This document shows, piece by piece, positions 13,310 through 27,410 of a stretch of 64,000 nucleotides of DNA. The stretch is from Octopus sinensis. Its lineage: Eukaryota. Under the pieces are notes generated by a model, which was not told the DNA's origin, ran no database searches, and was given only the letters and a program-made list of their open reading frames with translations. The translations under genes were made by a program, and so were the position numbers. Within the stretch, counting starts at the first letter, position 1. Every line of letters starts with the position of its first letter. Where the stretch lies: assembly GCF_006345805.1 (NCBI RefSeq), contig NC_043008.1, positions 2,170,001 to 2,234,000 on the forward strand. The letters are read 5' to 3'.

Positions 13310-16300
13310 GTAAGCCATACGGTGGTTTAATTAATCTCTTCACTGTTCACTGGAATCGACTGGAATAATTCCTGTCTGCATTTATATCATTTGAGTGTCC
13401 TTTGATTATTTTGTCTGTGAGATTAAACTAGCGTATGTTCTGTGTAGAATGGAAACATCTATATGTTATATAATTACCCTGTCACGAAACATGAGTTTTG
13501 ACTGAAATGATTTCAGGAAAATAATCCTATGCTTTATATATAATATAAGTTTAGCAGATTATACAGTTTTACATATACGATAAAGTGCTGCTTTAATATG
13601 AGTTTATCTAATAATACTAATTACATATGTAACATAAAATCATTACGTAAAGCTAAAATATAAATCAGATTTTTCTTCCCGCGGAAACATTACAACTTAG
13701 CATTTTCGGTTCCTTTTATACTATTTTCTTTCCTTCATGTTAATGTAGTCCAAATAACTAATATCTTAAATATGTCATGAAAGTCATTATAATTCCATAT
13801 TGGATGTAATAAAATAACCCAATTTTTATTTTCAAGTATCTCGACTCAAATTCAAATACATTCTTGAAATTTTAAAAGATACGCTAACGTAGTTTACAAT
13901 TATTTACAGATATAGCATGTTTTTTGGCGGGGGTAGGGGTATTTTCATACCTAGTAAAGTTAGATGTAATCCTTATTCCAATAGTGAATTTAGATTAAGA
14001 CAACATAATACTGACTTATACCGTGCCAGAAATTGAACGTGCCAGAAATTCCAACAGGCAATTAAATCTGAAGTTTTATATATGTCAGGGTATGCATTAT
14101 ATCCGTTTTCGGTATATTTTTGTGATACAAAATGCACGTTTTCATTTTATCATCTGAACAATTACCTATTAAATGTATAAAGTTTAGTGGCATTTTATAC
14201 TTGTTAAACAGTTTTAAATATTCGGTTGTCACACACACTGCCATATTATGTAGGTTAAATAAGAATCATGTGTACAGAAAACAGAAACTAGTTTAGGAGA
14301 AATATTGACTGTGATGTCGGATACATCCTGATATGTGATCGACGGTTTTACTGGCAGACCCGATGGGACAAATACTGAATGTAATATCAGAGGAATTCAA
14401 TGTTGCATTACCTAAGATCACAACAAAATGCATTCACGTAATTTAACCGGCATTAATTCTCCAGTACATTACCATGCAAGTACAATTGGAATATTGCAAA
14501 TATCATTAAAAATCTACCAAAAATATCAATATACGAAGGTGGTATGAAATATCATACATCGATGGAATCTCTAGTTTTGGTTAAACCTAGCACAGTGATA
14601 TTCAAATTGTCACTTGTAGGATTATAAAGTAGGTTGCAGGAGAAAATAGCCCTTAGAAATTCGGATTACCGACCTGGTCGAACATGAATGTAAATTTCTG
14701 CTTGTAAAATATTCAATATATGGAATAACCTTAGATAAACATAGCACGTGATGATTAAATATGATAAATCATTATTTCAGTAGCTATATTGATGACTTCT
14801 GTAATTAATTAACAAGATACGGTAATATGATGATGCAGTAAATATAAGCACAAATTTATCTTCACAACAGGTTTAAAGTCTTTGAAGAATGCCTGAAATA
14901 ATTCAGTTCAGATTTCGTTTTAGAGCACATTCTTCAAGAAACAGATAAATACATTTAGCACCGAAAAATAACAAGTTTCTATTGGAATTGCAGATGGAGC
15001 CATGCTTGAAATGAGTTGTCTTTTATAAAATAAGCCAGCGGAGTTAAGAAATTACAAACTAGGAGATTTTGAATACCTACAATTATTTGAAAATGTTGTT
15101 ATGGTCTTCTATACCGGTTATTGAAATCAATGGTTGCGCAAGTAAAATTTCGACCTGAAGCTGTATTTTGTTGTTTCAAAGTAAATTTGAGATGTTAGGT
15201 TGCTATTAATTTGTAGTTTACTTCTGTACACAGTTATTTGGTTAAGAAAATGACATGAAGTAGCTAATTTTTAAATCAGGAGAATAACTTTTTGGAACAT
15301 TGCTTTGTTGTATTGATTTTAGTATGCTGTTTCACATCGGGAATCCCACACATTGCGAGTTTGCTTTCAAAGTAACAGTTAAACTTCAGTGTACTTCAAT
15401 TGAATATCCTGCCATAACTACACCCTGGTGTTTAAGAGTTACCCAACTGTCTTAATTTGAAATTTATGAAAAATATTGATTTGAAACACAAGAATATTTA
15501 CTAGCTTGACCTGGAAGAAGTTACTGGGTTCTTTTCAGAATTTTCTACCCTTATGGGCGTTGTTGCGGTAATGTGAAACTATAACAAAACATTTTATGCA
15601 GTGACAATTAAAATTTCCGCTTAGTTTTCATACGAAGAAATATTACTCGGATGGAAAAGGAGTTCGGAATTAATATTTTATAATGTGTGGATTAAGATCT
15701 AGAACTGCTAGAATATGGTTCTAAGGTTACATCTAGGAAAGTGGACAGAAAATGTTTCGTATCAACAGAGAGTCTTTAAATCTTTAGATCATTCTCAAAA
15801 AGTGTCTAGCTGTGCTTTACTCTATGACGGTAAATAAGAAACCTAGTATCTCTGTATATACAAGTGGATATAAGTTTGTGAATTCCTTATACAAAGCATC
15901 CTGAAGTGGGAGTGTGACCATGCGTAACTGAGCCTGGTCATTCATAGCCAAAGACACTGTAATGCAACTCTACGTAAATAACAGAAAGCCAGCAGACATG
16001 ACAGGCAACTGCCCAGTCACAGATTAATCAGAAATGTTGGAGAGTATGTAGAAATTTCATATGCGACTAGATTTAAAGGAATTGTGAATGAAGTCTCTGT
16101 AGATCATGTACCTCGTATGAATCTCGTAAAAAATGGTTTCTAATGTATTATTCACTTCTGTAAACGTTTAATATACACGCATACGTAAAAGATTCAGTGA
16201 TCGCAATGAAGGTTTAAATGTTGTTATTAAGATGCGTAATGTAGAACCAATAAAATTGCTCATCTCACGAAACGTGACGCGCAAATCTCAATTGGCTCTC

Positions 16301-17688
16301 ACTAAATGATGTAGTCATGGAAACACTTTGACCGAAAAAAGATAGCTCGATCACAGTTTTAATTAAGGTTAAATATTTATTTTGAAATAACATTCGAGTA
16401 AACAATCACGACCATTATATACAATAAAGCTTTCTCATCAAATGTACTAATCACGAGAATAAATACTAATTTAACATCTCACAGAATAAATCGGTTGTAA
16501 CGCAAATTAAAACAAACATTGTCAACACGACGAGACATAGTGTATACCGATAATCGTACCCTGAGTAAAAACCGAATATGATTCCGGATTTAAAATTTGT
16601 ATGACACCATTTAATGACACATGTTTCTCTACTAGGAATATTATAAACTTTAAAAGCATATGCATACAAAGAAAAGGTATATATTGTGGTGTACGTGAAA
16701 TTAAACCATGAAAGCACTGCAAACATCAATAAGTGATTTGACCAGGTAGAAATAATAAACGGATATCCCTGAAAACACTAATTACATAAATATCTATTAA
16801 ATGTTAATTAACTACTATCAATACTTAGTGATTACGTCAAATGGAGGGACGAAACACTGAAACCAGAATGAATTCCTCTCGCATTTGCATACGACCTGCG
16901 TTCGTGTATGCATAAAGAGCAACAAGAACTACTGCCGGAATTCTTGAGATGTTACCCATTGACAGAGTTCGAAACAAGCACTAAAATATTATTTACGTTA
17001 ATGAAATTAAGTTTACCTGTAAGCAACGTATTTGAATAATTTTATGCTTGGGAAAATATGAGGAAATGTTTACTTTGCCTTACGAAATTCATATTTAACA
17101 CTTTAAATATTTTGCATAAAGAAATTATTTAAACTTTAAAAACTGGAAAGCAGATGTAACCATCAGAATGAGAGGAATATTATAAAAATTTGTTTTAAAC
17201 AATTCACATTTATCTCAGTAAAAAGTTGCTATTCAAATATTACTAAATAATTGATTTACTACAAGATAAATATGCAATTTATATTAGCTGAATATATAAT
17301 TAAATATTAGATAAGAGTCATATCAACACAAAACCACAGTTTACAAGTGATCAGCGAGATTATTTACACAAAATTATATCAAATACATTAAAAGCAATTT
17401 TAATTCAATTTCATTTTTAATAGCGAGATTGAAATCACGAGCATATCTTTCTTGCTACTTCAATATTGAAACAAACAAAAGTTCATAGAAACATACATGC
17501 ACGTGCACACGCACACACTCACACGCGCATGTTTATTGGGATATGCATGTATTCGTTATGTGTGTGTGTTCGCGTGCGTGTGTGTGTATATATATATTGA
17601 TAGATATAGATATATACATATATATTTACTGGTATATATGTAAGCGTGTATACACACATACACGCAAACACACACACACACACACACA

Positions 17689-17734
<46 letters not shown>

Positions 17735-17968
17735 GAATAAATAAATGGAGTTTAACGCAGGTGTAATCAAATATTTTTACTTTCGACACATGTTTCGAAA
17801 ATTCCACTGATACTATTCATATATTATTCAAAATATTCGACGTAAACACAAATTTTCTACCTTTATAAACAAGGAGTTACAACATCTTTACTTGTGAGAT
17901 TTTTGCTACCCTGGTAACTATCTATTTATTTTTTCCGAGTTAATTGTTAACGAGGTAAAAATACACTC

Positions 17969-17999
<31 letters not shown>

Positions 18000-19229
18000 A
18001 ACTTACATATATGTTTATGTAAAAATGTGAGATTTGTAATGAATTTGAGAGTAGTTTTTTTATCTCACGAAGTTCTTTGAAATTGCAGTGTTTAAATGTT
18101 TCGCATTTTCTTTAAATCAAATGAATAAACAACGGAGTTCAGTTGGAACTCCTTTCGTTTATCGCATTCTCCGAATTTTTCGAATGTCCTACAGTCATGT
18201 AGCTGTGCATAGGAAAGGCGGAATGAAATACCTTTCGCACATTTTTTAATTCGAACAAACGAAAGCAAGCATCACTGAGATAACGAAAGTTACAACTTCC
18301 ATGCACTGACGATAAAACATGGAAGAATAACAAAACAGTGAAAGATATTTTGTTTTTGAGAAATAAGTCAAGAAGACAAAAATAATGTAATTACGAAATA
18401 CATACATAGCTGAAGAAATGTACTACAAAATTGAAAACTAGTATATTACACTTGTGTATGGAAGGTAAAATATAATTAAAAACAACTTATTCTAAAATGA
18501 AAACAACAAAATAAGTGAAAGACTATGGACTCGCGCTATACACTTAAGCAAGTTCGGAAAGAGATTGTACTTTCGGCCTTAACTAATATCCCGGATCCTA
18601 ACAATTAGCCTAATTAAAAGTTCAGCATTCTATGTTTTGTGATAGCATTTTATTTTCAAGTTATATGAAAATGAATGCAATATCCATCATTAGCATGCAA
18701 AACCTAATCAGTGAATGAAATCGGAATGTTCGAATATCTCCAATTGCAAACTATTACAGAGTTCTTGATAACAACATCCCGCAGTTTGCCCCACGTTCTA
18801 CACTGTTTGTTCCTAGAGTTGTTACCATTTCCAAGGTCAATGGGCTTAATTACATGAATAATTTGAAGAAGGGCAGCAATAGCTTTGAAGCTAACTGCAC
18901 AGCAAAGAATATTAACGAGGACCACTAACACGAGTCATGATGGGGAGATGTAACTGACTTGCGCGCAGAGAACTGTTGAGATGTACGAGCTCGCTCCACA
19001 AGGGAACTCTAGTCGCAGTGCTTTATAAAAGAGATGTGAATACTTTTAATATTTATGTGTTTCAAATGTAGGTCAGTGTATAACTAATAAGCTAAACACA
19101 ATTTACCATAAAAAAATTGTGGTTTTATTTTGATTAGCGAAGCAGCATCTTGAGAGGAAAGCTTTTGAATGCTGTTCGCCTGCTTTACTGTCTGTGACAC
19201 TCACACTCACACAGTTTGTTGCTTTAAAC

Positions 19230-19750
19230 TTCCTTCATAAGCATCATCATCACTTTTGCACAGCTTCTAACGCTATAGATGTATTACAGTGTCAGGTGTT
19301 CATTACCATTGAACTAAGGTAACGCCTCTTATTTTTCGAGCACCAACCGGAGTATTCGAGCGGTTCCAAGCACTGCTCTTTTCGAGATTTTTGCTCACTG
19401 TTCCCAGGCTCCGATAATTATTGGTACTACTGCTACCTTTTTCATCAACCACAACTGATTAACTTTCCAAGCTAACTTGTCATATTTTTCGACTTTTCTC
19501 TCTTTCTTTATCGCATACCATGTTGTCAGCTGGTCATGTCATGTCTATGATCCAATATAGTTTGTTTCTTTCTCATAAAGACTTTGTCCGGCTTCCTATT
19601 CTCCATCTCATGGTCGCACTGAATCATAAAATCACATGGGATCTTTGCATTTCTATTTTCGACAATGCCTTCAGGTTTGTGGTTGTATCAATTTTTTGTT
19701 CTGTCAAGCCCATACTTGTAGCAAAGTGTCCTATGGACAAGCCTGGCTAC
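19230..19750 (-). mobile_element. 3' fragment of an RLE-type non-LTR retrotransposon (R4/Dong-like), copy B
   Basis: Frameshifted translation VARLVHRTLCYKYG...PEGIVENRNAKIPCDFMIQCDHEMENRKPD...VEKYDKL...VVPIIIGA..GTARILRLVL*, the restriction-like endonuclease C-terminus. Short (GAT)3 tail. Confidence 0.8.
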
Positions 19751-20535
19751 TGGTATTTGTACATCAATTAGAAATCATTTTTTTCTTCTTGATGTTAGTC
19801 AGCTATATCTGGCCTATTGGCCTTAATTTCTCTATTTGTGTGTATTGGCATATCCCAGAGTATGGTTGCTTTCTCGTTTCCTGTGGCCTTTTTCTAGCGT
19901 GTGCTTGTACCATTTTTATTCTGGTGTTATTCCATAATGTTGGCATAGCTTTCAGTGTATGTAGGTCCCAACTCTGTCGTGTCTGTGAATATATTCCAAT
20001 GACTTATTGTTTCTTGTCCATCTCCACATATTCTGCAGTTACTTGTTATATTTCTTTTCATTACATGTTTTTGGTAATTTCTGGTGGGGAGGCTTTGGTC
20101 TTGCGCTGCAATTAAGAATCCATCTGTCTCTGCTTTGAGTCCTGAGCTTCTCAACCATTGCTGGGATCTTTCTTTGTCTATTTCTTTTGCGTTTAGTTTA
20201 GCACAGCTTTTGCCATGAAAGGGTTTTTCTTGCCATCGTTTTATCATGGTCCGTTTTTGTCCTAGTTTTAGTTTGGATTTCATTTGTTTTATAGCTTTTG
20301 TTGTTTCTTCTTCTTTATATTTATTAAGTACTATGCTTTCTTGTTTGTATTTGGCAGCTTCCTTAAATACTGAAAACAGATTTTTGTTTTGCTCGTGTTT
20401 TGTGGCTATTTGTATTAGTTTTCATCGCTTCTGAAGTAGGTATTTTTGCAGTCCTATGGTGATTATTTTATAATAGTTTTCCTGCTGTATAAGCCTCTAC
20501 CACCTTCTATACGTTGTATATATAGCATTTCTGTT
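19751..20535 (-). mobile_element. 5'-truncated RLE-type non-LTR retrotransposon (R4/Dong-like), copy A
   Basis: LYIQRIEGGRGL (post-RT motif), GLKAETDGFLIAAQDQSLPTRNY, CRICGDGQETISH (zinc knuckle, second half deleted), RHDRVGTYIH*KLC, ILWDMPIHTNREIKANRPD...FLIDV (RLE motif). Contains stops and frameshifts. Confidence 0.85.
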
Positions 20536-20546
20536 ATTATATTTAC

Positions 20547-20720
<174 letters not shown>

Positions 20721-21589
20721 TCTTTTATATATCCTTATATATGATTGAGTTAATGTATGTACGTGTCTATCCTTGTGCATATATGAAAAATACGTATATG
20801 CATTTTTGCATGTGTATACGTCTATACTTTCATAAACGTCTATGTATGGCTGTCGATATATCTCTATACATAAGTGTATGAGTATATGAATGTATGTGGA
20901 TTTTTATATTTATATGTGCGTGTATACTCATGTAAAGGTATCAACTTACGAATATGTCTAGGGGATATGGCTGTTTCAATGTTGAATATATGGCAATAGT
21001 TCATGTTACTTTACCCTAAATTCCGAGGTTTTATCTCAGCAACGTTCTTAACTGTATTTTAAACGATCATGCCTGCTCCCTGCTGGCTCTTCTCACCGGT
21101 TCAGGACTATAAACTAATTAAGATGACAACTTGAAAGATAAGATTGCTTTGACCTAGTTTCTCTAAGAGTAGGCGCTCATTTATCCACTTCCACCATATA
21201 TATCGATTTTTCCTTTTCAAATGTCTCTTGTTCATCAGTTGATGAAAATGTAATCTTATGATTTCAATATACTAGTTTGTACGTGTTTAAAATCTACCTG
21301 AGGACAGTGAGTTATTGACATGATGTGACCTAATAATATATCAATAATATGCAGGTGTAACAGATTTGGAACCCGACTTGTTCTTTGTTTTACACATGCG
21401 CCACACCTCGAATCAACCATAGGTCATATTTTCGTTTTATATTGCCCTTGGTAACTAGATTTATATGTGTATCTACACAAAACCTGATAAAATCTCACAC
21501 ACACAAAGACACATGTTCATCGTGTTGCAATGGAAGGATTAAAAGAAAGCAAGAATACAATGTGCACCGCAGTCATCACTAATAAAGAA

Positions 21590-22140
21590 TAATATATTGT
21601 CGTCCTCAAAATTATTCATAGTCTGGGTCAGGTTCATGTGTTTCTTAGCCATCACTAAGGTTTTCAATCTCACTACAAGTTCCCGATCGGATTCAGGTCA
21701 GGACTCTGACTTGGCCATTCTAGAACGTTGACAATATTGTCTTTGAACCATTTCTTCACTACCTTAGCGATATGTTTTGGATCACTGTCCTGTTGGTTCT
21801 TCCAGTTGTGGTCAACTTGGACTTCCTCAGCGGATATTTTCACGTCTTCATCAAGGCTCCTGATGTAATCTTCATCTCTCATGATTCCTTCGTCCGTGAC
21901 ACGATTCCCTGTGCTACTGGAATAGAAGAATCCCCATAGCATTATGATTCCTGAACCCCGATTGATGGTGGTCACATTGTTCCTTGGTTTGTATCCTTCT
22001 CCTTTCTACCACCAGATATATACAACATCCATATGGCTAAATAACTCAAACTTAATCTCATCAGACCGCAGCTGGGATCTTGCTTGAAATAACCTCTAGA
22101 AAATCCCAGGTGAGCCTCCAGATGTTGTGTGTTATGGGGG
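21590..22140 (-). mobile_element. Tc1-family (DD34E) transposase pseudogene fragment
   Basis: SDEIKFELF (first D), GSGIIMLWG, QQDSDPKHIAK (second D), VLEWPSQSPDLNPIG with 34 residues from D to the E position, here mutated to G. In-frame stops; no TIRs found. Confidence 0.9.
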
Positions 22141-22216
22141 TTGTACTAATATATAAAAGCTGTATATGTAAGATGGATAGACATTTATGTATAATATCTT
22201 TCAGAGTTAAATGATA

Positions 22217-22278
<62 letters not shown>

Positions 22279-23807
22279 ACAGGGAATGCTTAACATTCCA
22301 TTCCAACTGAAAATCGTCAATGTACTTCTAAAAGTCATTGCTTTGGTAGAGAAAATGTAACATACATAGTTATAGGGAAAACGTTTGAGTTCATTTAAAT
22401 ATATGTCATTATCTGTTAATACTAATTGATTCCTAGCATGGTAAACAAAGTTTAATAAAAATACTCGTGTGCGTAAGTGCTTTCTTTCAAATAAAACTAT
22501 TCTTGAATACGTATTAAATTAATTAGGACCATATTGACGAGGGTGGGCTATACTCACACGGAGCCCTCTATGCAATTAAATTCGCAGCTTCTGCTGTGAC
22601 TCTATTGCTCTTCATCTTGTGATCACTTTCTCTATAATCTTTAGACCGTTATCTCATATATCTCGCAACAACATTTGAAAAAATTTTGATGCTTTGTCTA
22701 TTTTTCTAAATTGTGCTTAATACGTAGTAAATATACGGAAATTTATTTTAGCTAACTTATTACTGGGGAGGTCCTTAAAGGACGCGGGACATTAAGTTTA
22801 ATTGAAATATTAACGTGGAATGGAAGTTAAACTCTTCAAATCATATATATTTTACTTACATCAATGTAAGATCTTTATTTTGCGCCTCACATGCCACTAT
22901 AAGTAGCTTCTGCGTGTCAATCGCAGAAAGACAATGAGAAATAGGATGAACTGAAGATTACACATACAAATTGCGACATATTATGTTTCTATGTTTCTTC
23001 ATAATGTAATTCATATTCTGCAGCAAATAAAATGTGTTTCTCCCTCAAGAATAATTAATAGGTTTACATGTGTGAGTGTCTATGTGTGGTACATACATGT
23101 ATTCTTGGAAAATGGGTGTGATATTGCCACTGAGGCATTCCTTTGAGTGCCAATATAAATAGGTATTTGATCCCCTGCAGTGTATATAACTCATTTCTTT
23201 GCATCAATTATTAATGTTACCGCGAAAACCGGGAATGTTATGAAATCAATCTTTATATCATTGTGTGCATCCGATACTTTTGCATCTAGAGAAAGAGGTT
23301 ATTGTAAAAATGTGCCGTTAGTAGAAATTAGTGTTCGCTTGTAACACAATAAAAGTACACGTTAGATTTGAGAAGAAAATGGTCACCTTCGACATCTAGT
23401 TACCTATAAATGTAAGCTGGTTTGTTTAATGTTCAAATATTGAACTAACATGCTGTCTCTTGGAAAGCAACGATGATTTGTAATACTTAATATCCTCTGG
23501 TCAGGAAGTTCTCTTAATGTTTGAACATTAAACATTCTCCGTTGTCAGCATTTAGCGTTAAATTGAGTTAAATTACCATGTTAGAATACCCATTTACTAA
23601 ATTCAATGTAGACCAATGCAGACCAGCAATAAATGCTCGATGGTTGAAAATATACGAATTGTTCCATACAGACTTAAACATTCTTGAAACAGAAACATTC
23701 GATCATATATATCAAAAAATGGTTGAAGATATACATATAGATTCTCTCTCTCTCTCTCACACACACGCTCTTTCTCTCTCTCTTTCTGAATATATATGCA
23801 TATACGG

Positions 23808-23892
<85 letters not shown>

Positions 23893-24182
23893 GAGAGAGA
23901 GAGAGAGACGTATGTCTGTCTGTATGTATGCATATATATGAATACACAAATATGTCGATATGTGCCAATCAGAATGAGAGCGAAATGCTTTCATGCACAC
24001 TAGAGAGCAGATTCACGCATGACCTTTCTCTGACGTTTTGTCTTGTTAACGGATAGGCTGTTCTCAAGTTAAATCTTGTTTTGTTATATTTTACTCGTAC
24101 AGATTCCTTTTCTCAACTCTGAAATTATGGTCAAGCTATGGCATTGAAATAGTTCTTTCCCCACAGAAACAAAAGAACTATC

Positions 24183-24306
24183 AGGCACTGGTGTGGATGT
24201 GTGGTGCGTATCTTGCTTCCCAACCACATGTTTCCACGCCCAGTGCCACTGCATGGCATCTTGTGTAAGTGTCTTCTACAATATCCTCGGCCCACCAAAT
24301 CTGCTG

Positions 24307-24350
<44 letters not shown>

Positions 24351-24584
24351 TGTGTGTGTGTGTATACGTACGTATTTGTGTGTCTGTATTTGCCCCTATA
24401 ACTATCACCTGACAACCGATGTTGTGTTTATTTCCATGCGACTTAGCCGTTCGGCAAAAGACACAGATAGAATAAGTACTAAGCTTACAAGGGATAAGTC
24501 CAGGGTTCGATCTGCTAGACTACTTGCGGCGATCCCGCATGGCCGCAGGCAAGTGACTGCAACAAGCAAAAGAATAAAAGAGTA
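24183..24584 (+). mobile_element. tRNA-derived SINE with internal (TA/TG)n microsatellite (family C)
   Basis: Colinear with the reverse complement of 34646-35090: head cttgcttcccaaccacatg, gtgtcttcta, body acaaccgatg...gttcggcaaaaga...gatagaataagtact, tail aaaagagta. Confidence 0.85.
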
Positions 24585-25264
24585 TTAGATTTATTAATGT
24601 CCTCATAATTAGTATACTGGTGTTCGTACAACATGAGTTTTACCCGGACAAATTTCGCTTCATCTCATTTTACTGCAAACAATTTATGAATGAATTTGCG
24701 AAATATGTTTTACTGGAAACGAAAAATCGGTATCACTGCACCCAGTTTCACTGGCATCAAATTTTCAGCTGAAAGACTGTTATCGAATGCATATTATCTC
24801 ATTAGTCTTTTGAGGATATATTTATTTATCCATTCATCACTCTTCCGAAATATCCTGAACAAGATGTCATAAACCCGAAATATAGAAGTACAAGGTAAAA
24901 CTATAACTTTGCCAGGCTCATTGTCTTTCCATGACAAACACATCAGAACATGTCACAATATATACACTTATTTTAACCACCTTTTCCAAAAGTTTAAATG
25001 TGTCTGCTCATGAAGAATTTCCCTAGCAAGAAGAATGCAAAGTTAGAGGCGCATCGATGACAATTCAAGCACAACAACACCTGGGAAAGAATATGCATAA
25101 GGCGAAATTCAATTCAACCCAGAAAGATGGATACGTAATAATATGTGTACAGCTGGGGAGAAGCAGAAATGCATCCATAGCTGATGTTTCATATTGGGGG
25201 GAAAGCCTTAAGAATGTATGTATGCCTGCATTTGTATATGTGTATGTTATTTTCTTCTGTCATT

Positions 25265-25773
25265 CTTTTCTTTTTTCAGTCATATGACTGCGGCCACGCT
25301 GGTGCACCACGCTCAATACCTTTTGTCAACGAAATCCCCCCCAGACCTTACTTTTTAGCCTAGCACTCATTCTATCAGTCGCTTTTGCGGAAACGCTAAA
25401 GTTACGGAGACGTAAACACACCAACACTTGATGGCAAACGGTGATGTGGGGAGAAACACAGAAACGAAGAAAAACACACAAAGATATACACATCTATTGT
25501 ATAGCAGGAAACACTTGCCGAATAAACCACACTGTGAGAATGAAACCGGGACCATATTGTTTTGAAGAAAGCATCTTGTCACATAGCTACGCCGTGAGAC
25601 TGAATCCAGGACTATGTGGTTGTGAAAAAAGCTACTTACCGCATAGCCATGCAGTGAGATTGAAACTAGGACCATGTTGGGAAGAAAGCTTCTTGCTACA
25701 CAGCCAAGCTGTGAGACTGAAATCGGGACCATGTGTTTGTGAAGAAAGCTTCTTACCGCACAGCCACGCCTGT
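25265..25773 (-). mobile_element. Family C SINE with a tandemly quadruplicated tRNA-like head
   Basis: 25265-25440 matches the family C 3' body (tcagtcatatgactgcggccacgctgg, ctattctatc, ttttgcggaa). The 5' end is four head units. Confidence 0.8.
25531..25767 (-). repeat. Four tandem 57-60 bp repeats, each a SINE tRNA head (A box + B box)
   Basis: Units start at 25531, 25591, 25651 and 25708 (60, 60, 57, 60 bp); consensus gcNgtgagactgaaNccgggaccatgtggttgtgaagaaagcttcttaccgcacagccac. Confidence 0.9.
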
Positions 25774-26412
25774 CTATATACATTACAGCAGACACTCAAC
25801 TGCATTTGCCGAGCCGTAATGGTAACCATGTAGCAAAATCTGCTGTTAATATGATTAAATGTATGTAGATGTGCTTTTATGCATTTATATGACTGAAATT
25901 GCTTATGCTTATGTCTGTAAGTATGGTTGTGTGTACCTGCTTCAGAGCAGTTGTATTTTCAATCAGCAGCTGAAATACAGAAGAAAATAATAAAACTCAA
26001 AATGTGCTAAATTAAAGACGACAACGTATACATTTCTGACTCTATATATAACCCGATATAGAATAACGGAATTTCATGAACAATTCTCTCCATGCTATTT
26101 AATTGAAATCATTCACCAGAGCCAAGTCCACAAAACTTTTGGAATACTTTTAGAATTCTTGTTTTCAATAGCTATTCTCTTAACACTGCTGATTCTGCCA
26201 GCTTATATGTGGAGGAAGACGTATTTCAGATAGTTGTCGTATGCAAACATTGTATTTATATATATTGGCACTGTATCCAAGAATCTTCATCAATACAGGC
26301 TTATAGCAGTAATTGGCACCACACACACATTATTTCCTATCTGACACTATTTTAAATAATTGAATGATATATGTGTGTATATGTGTGATCATATGTATGT
26401 ATGTATGTACAT

Positions 26413-26538
<126 letters not shown>

Positions 26539-26596
26539 TGTGTACACACTGACAGAAATACCCGGTGTTGCTCGTGATTAGAATGGCATAGTTTGT

Positions 26597-26638
<42 letters not shown>

Positions 26639-27238
26639 GTTGGAACAATTGATACGGAGATGTGCAGTATTGACGTCAAAAAATTGTATAGTAAAGTTGA
26701 AAGCTTTGCAGAAACAACAATTATATAGATTGTGTTGTGATATATTAAGTATGATTGTAGACTTTGATTTTAAAGAGGGCGAGTTACATCGCTGATGTCA
26801 AAATGTGAAAGATTGTATGAGATATCTCCATAAAAACTGAATGTAACTTTTCAAGCAGAGACAAAACATGGTCATAGTAAAGAGACACACAAAGTAATAT
26901 CAAAGGCGATGTAATACAAATATAGGTTGTGTAATAGCACGTAAGGACTTAGGAATCACTAAATTTAAGAAAATAGCAAAATAAGAGGACTTAGATATAC
27001 GTTTATAATGCGGAAAATGAATGTGAAAAAACATGCTTTAGAAAATATTGCAATGGACACAAAGTCCAAATGGTTATCTGAAAACCTGAACTATACTACA
27101 ATTAAGACATATGATTTCGACCAGCAGAGAATAAGATCAACTTTTAAAAAAGGATCCCCGGAAGAGATATTGTTTTTCCCGAAGCGCAGGATATCATCCT
27201 TGCTAATTAAAGTAGCATGTAATGGCTTTTGTATAATA

Positions 27239-27241
27239 CTA

Positions 27242-27275
<34 letters not shown>

Positions 27276-27410
27276 CAACAATAATAATAATAATAATAAC
27301 AATAATAATAATAATAATAATAAGAAGAAGAAGAAGAAGAAGAGAAGAAGAAGAAGAAGAACAACAACAACAACAACAACACCACCAACATAAACAACAA
27401 CAATAACAAG
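27239..27410. repeat. Compound (AAT)n-(AAG)n-(CAA)n microsatellite
   Basis: Directly visible. Confidence 0.97.

Noticed and set aside
7600-14420. Scattered EGF/MAM-like Cys motifs (CTCVQEYY, CVCRQNLY, CDVGYIL/DGFTG)
   Set aside because: Each is bounded by stops or needs a frameshift, and TGT codons are common by chance in this DNA.
24806-25135. Two plus-strand exon-like segments (SFEDIFIYPF..., QEECKVRG...)
   Set aside because: Their phases are incompatible (2 versus 0) and no domain is recognisable.
25367-25833. ORFs with repeated AVRLKPGPC..EESFLPHSH units, and a superficially CRISPR-like periodicity
   Set aside because: These are tandem SINE heads with no unique spacers and no cas genes, in a eukaryotic context.
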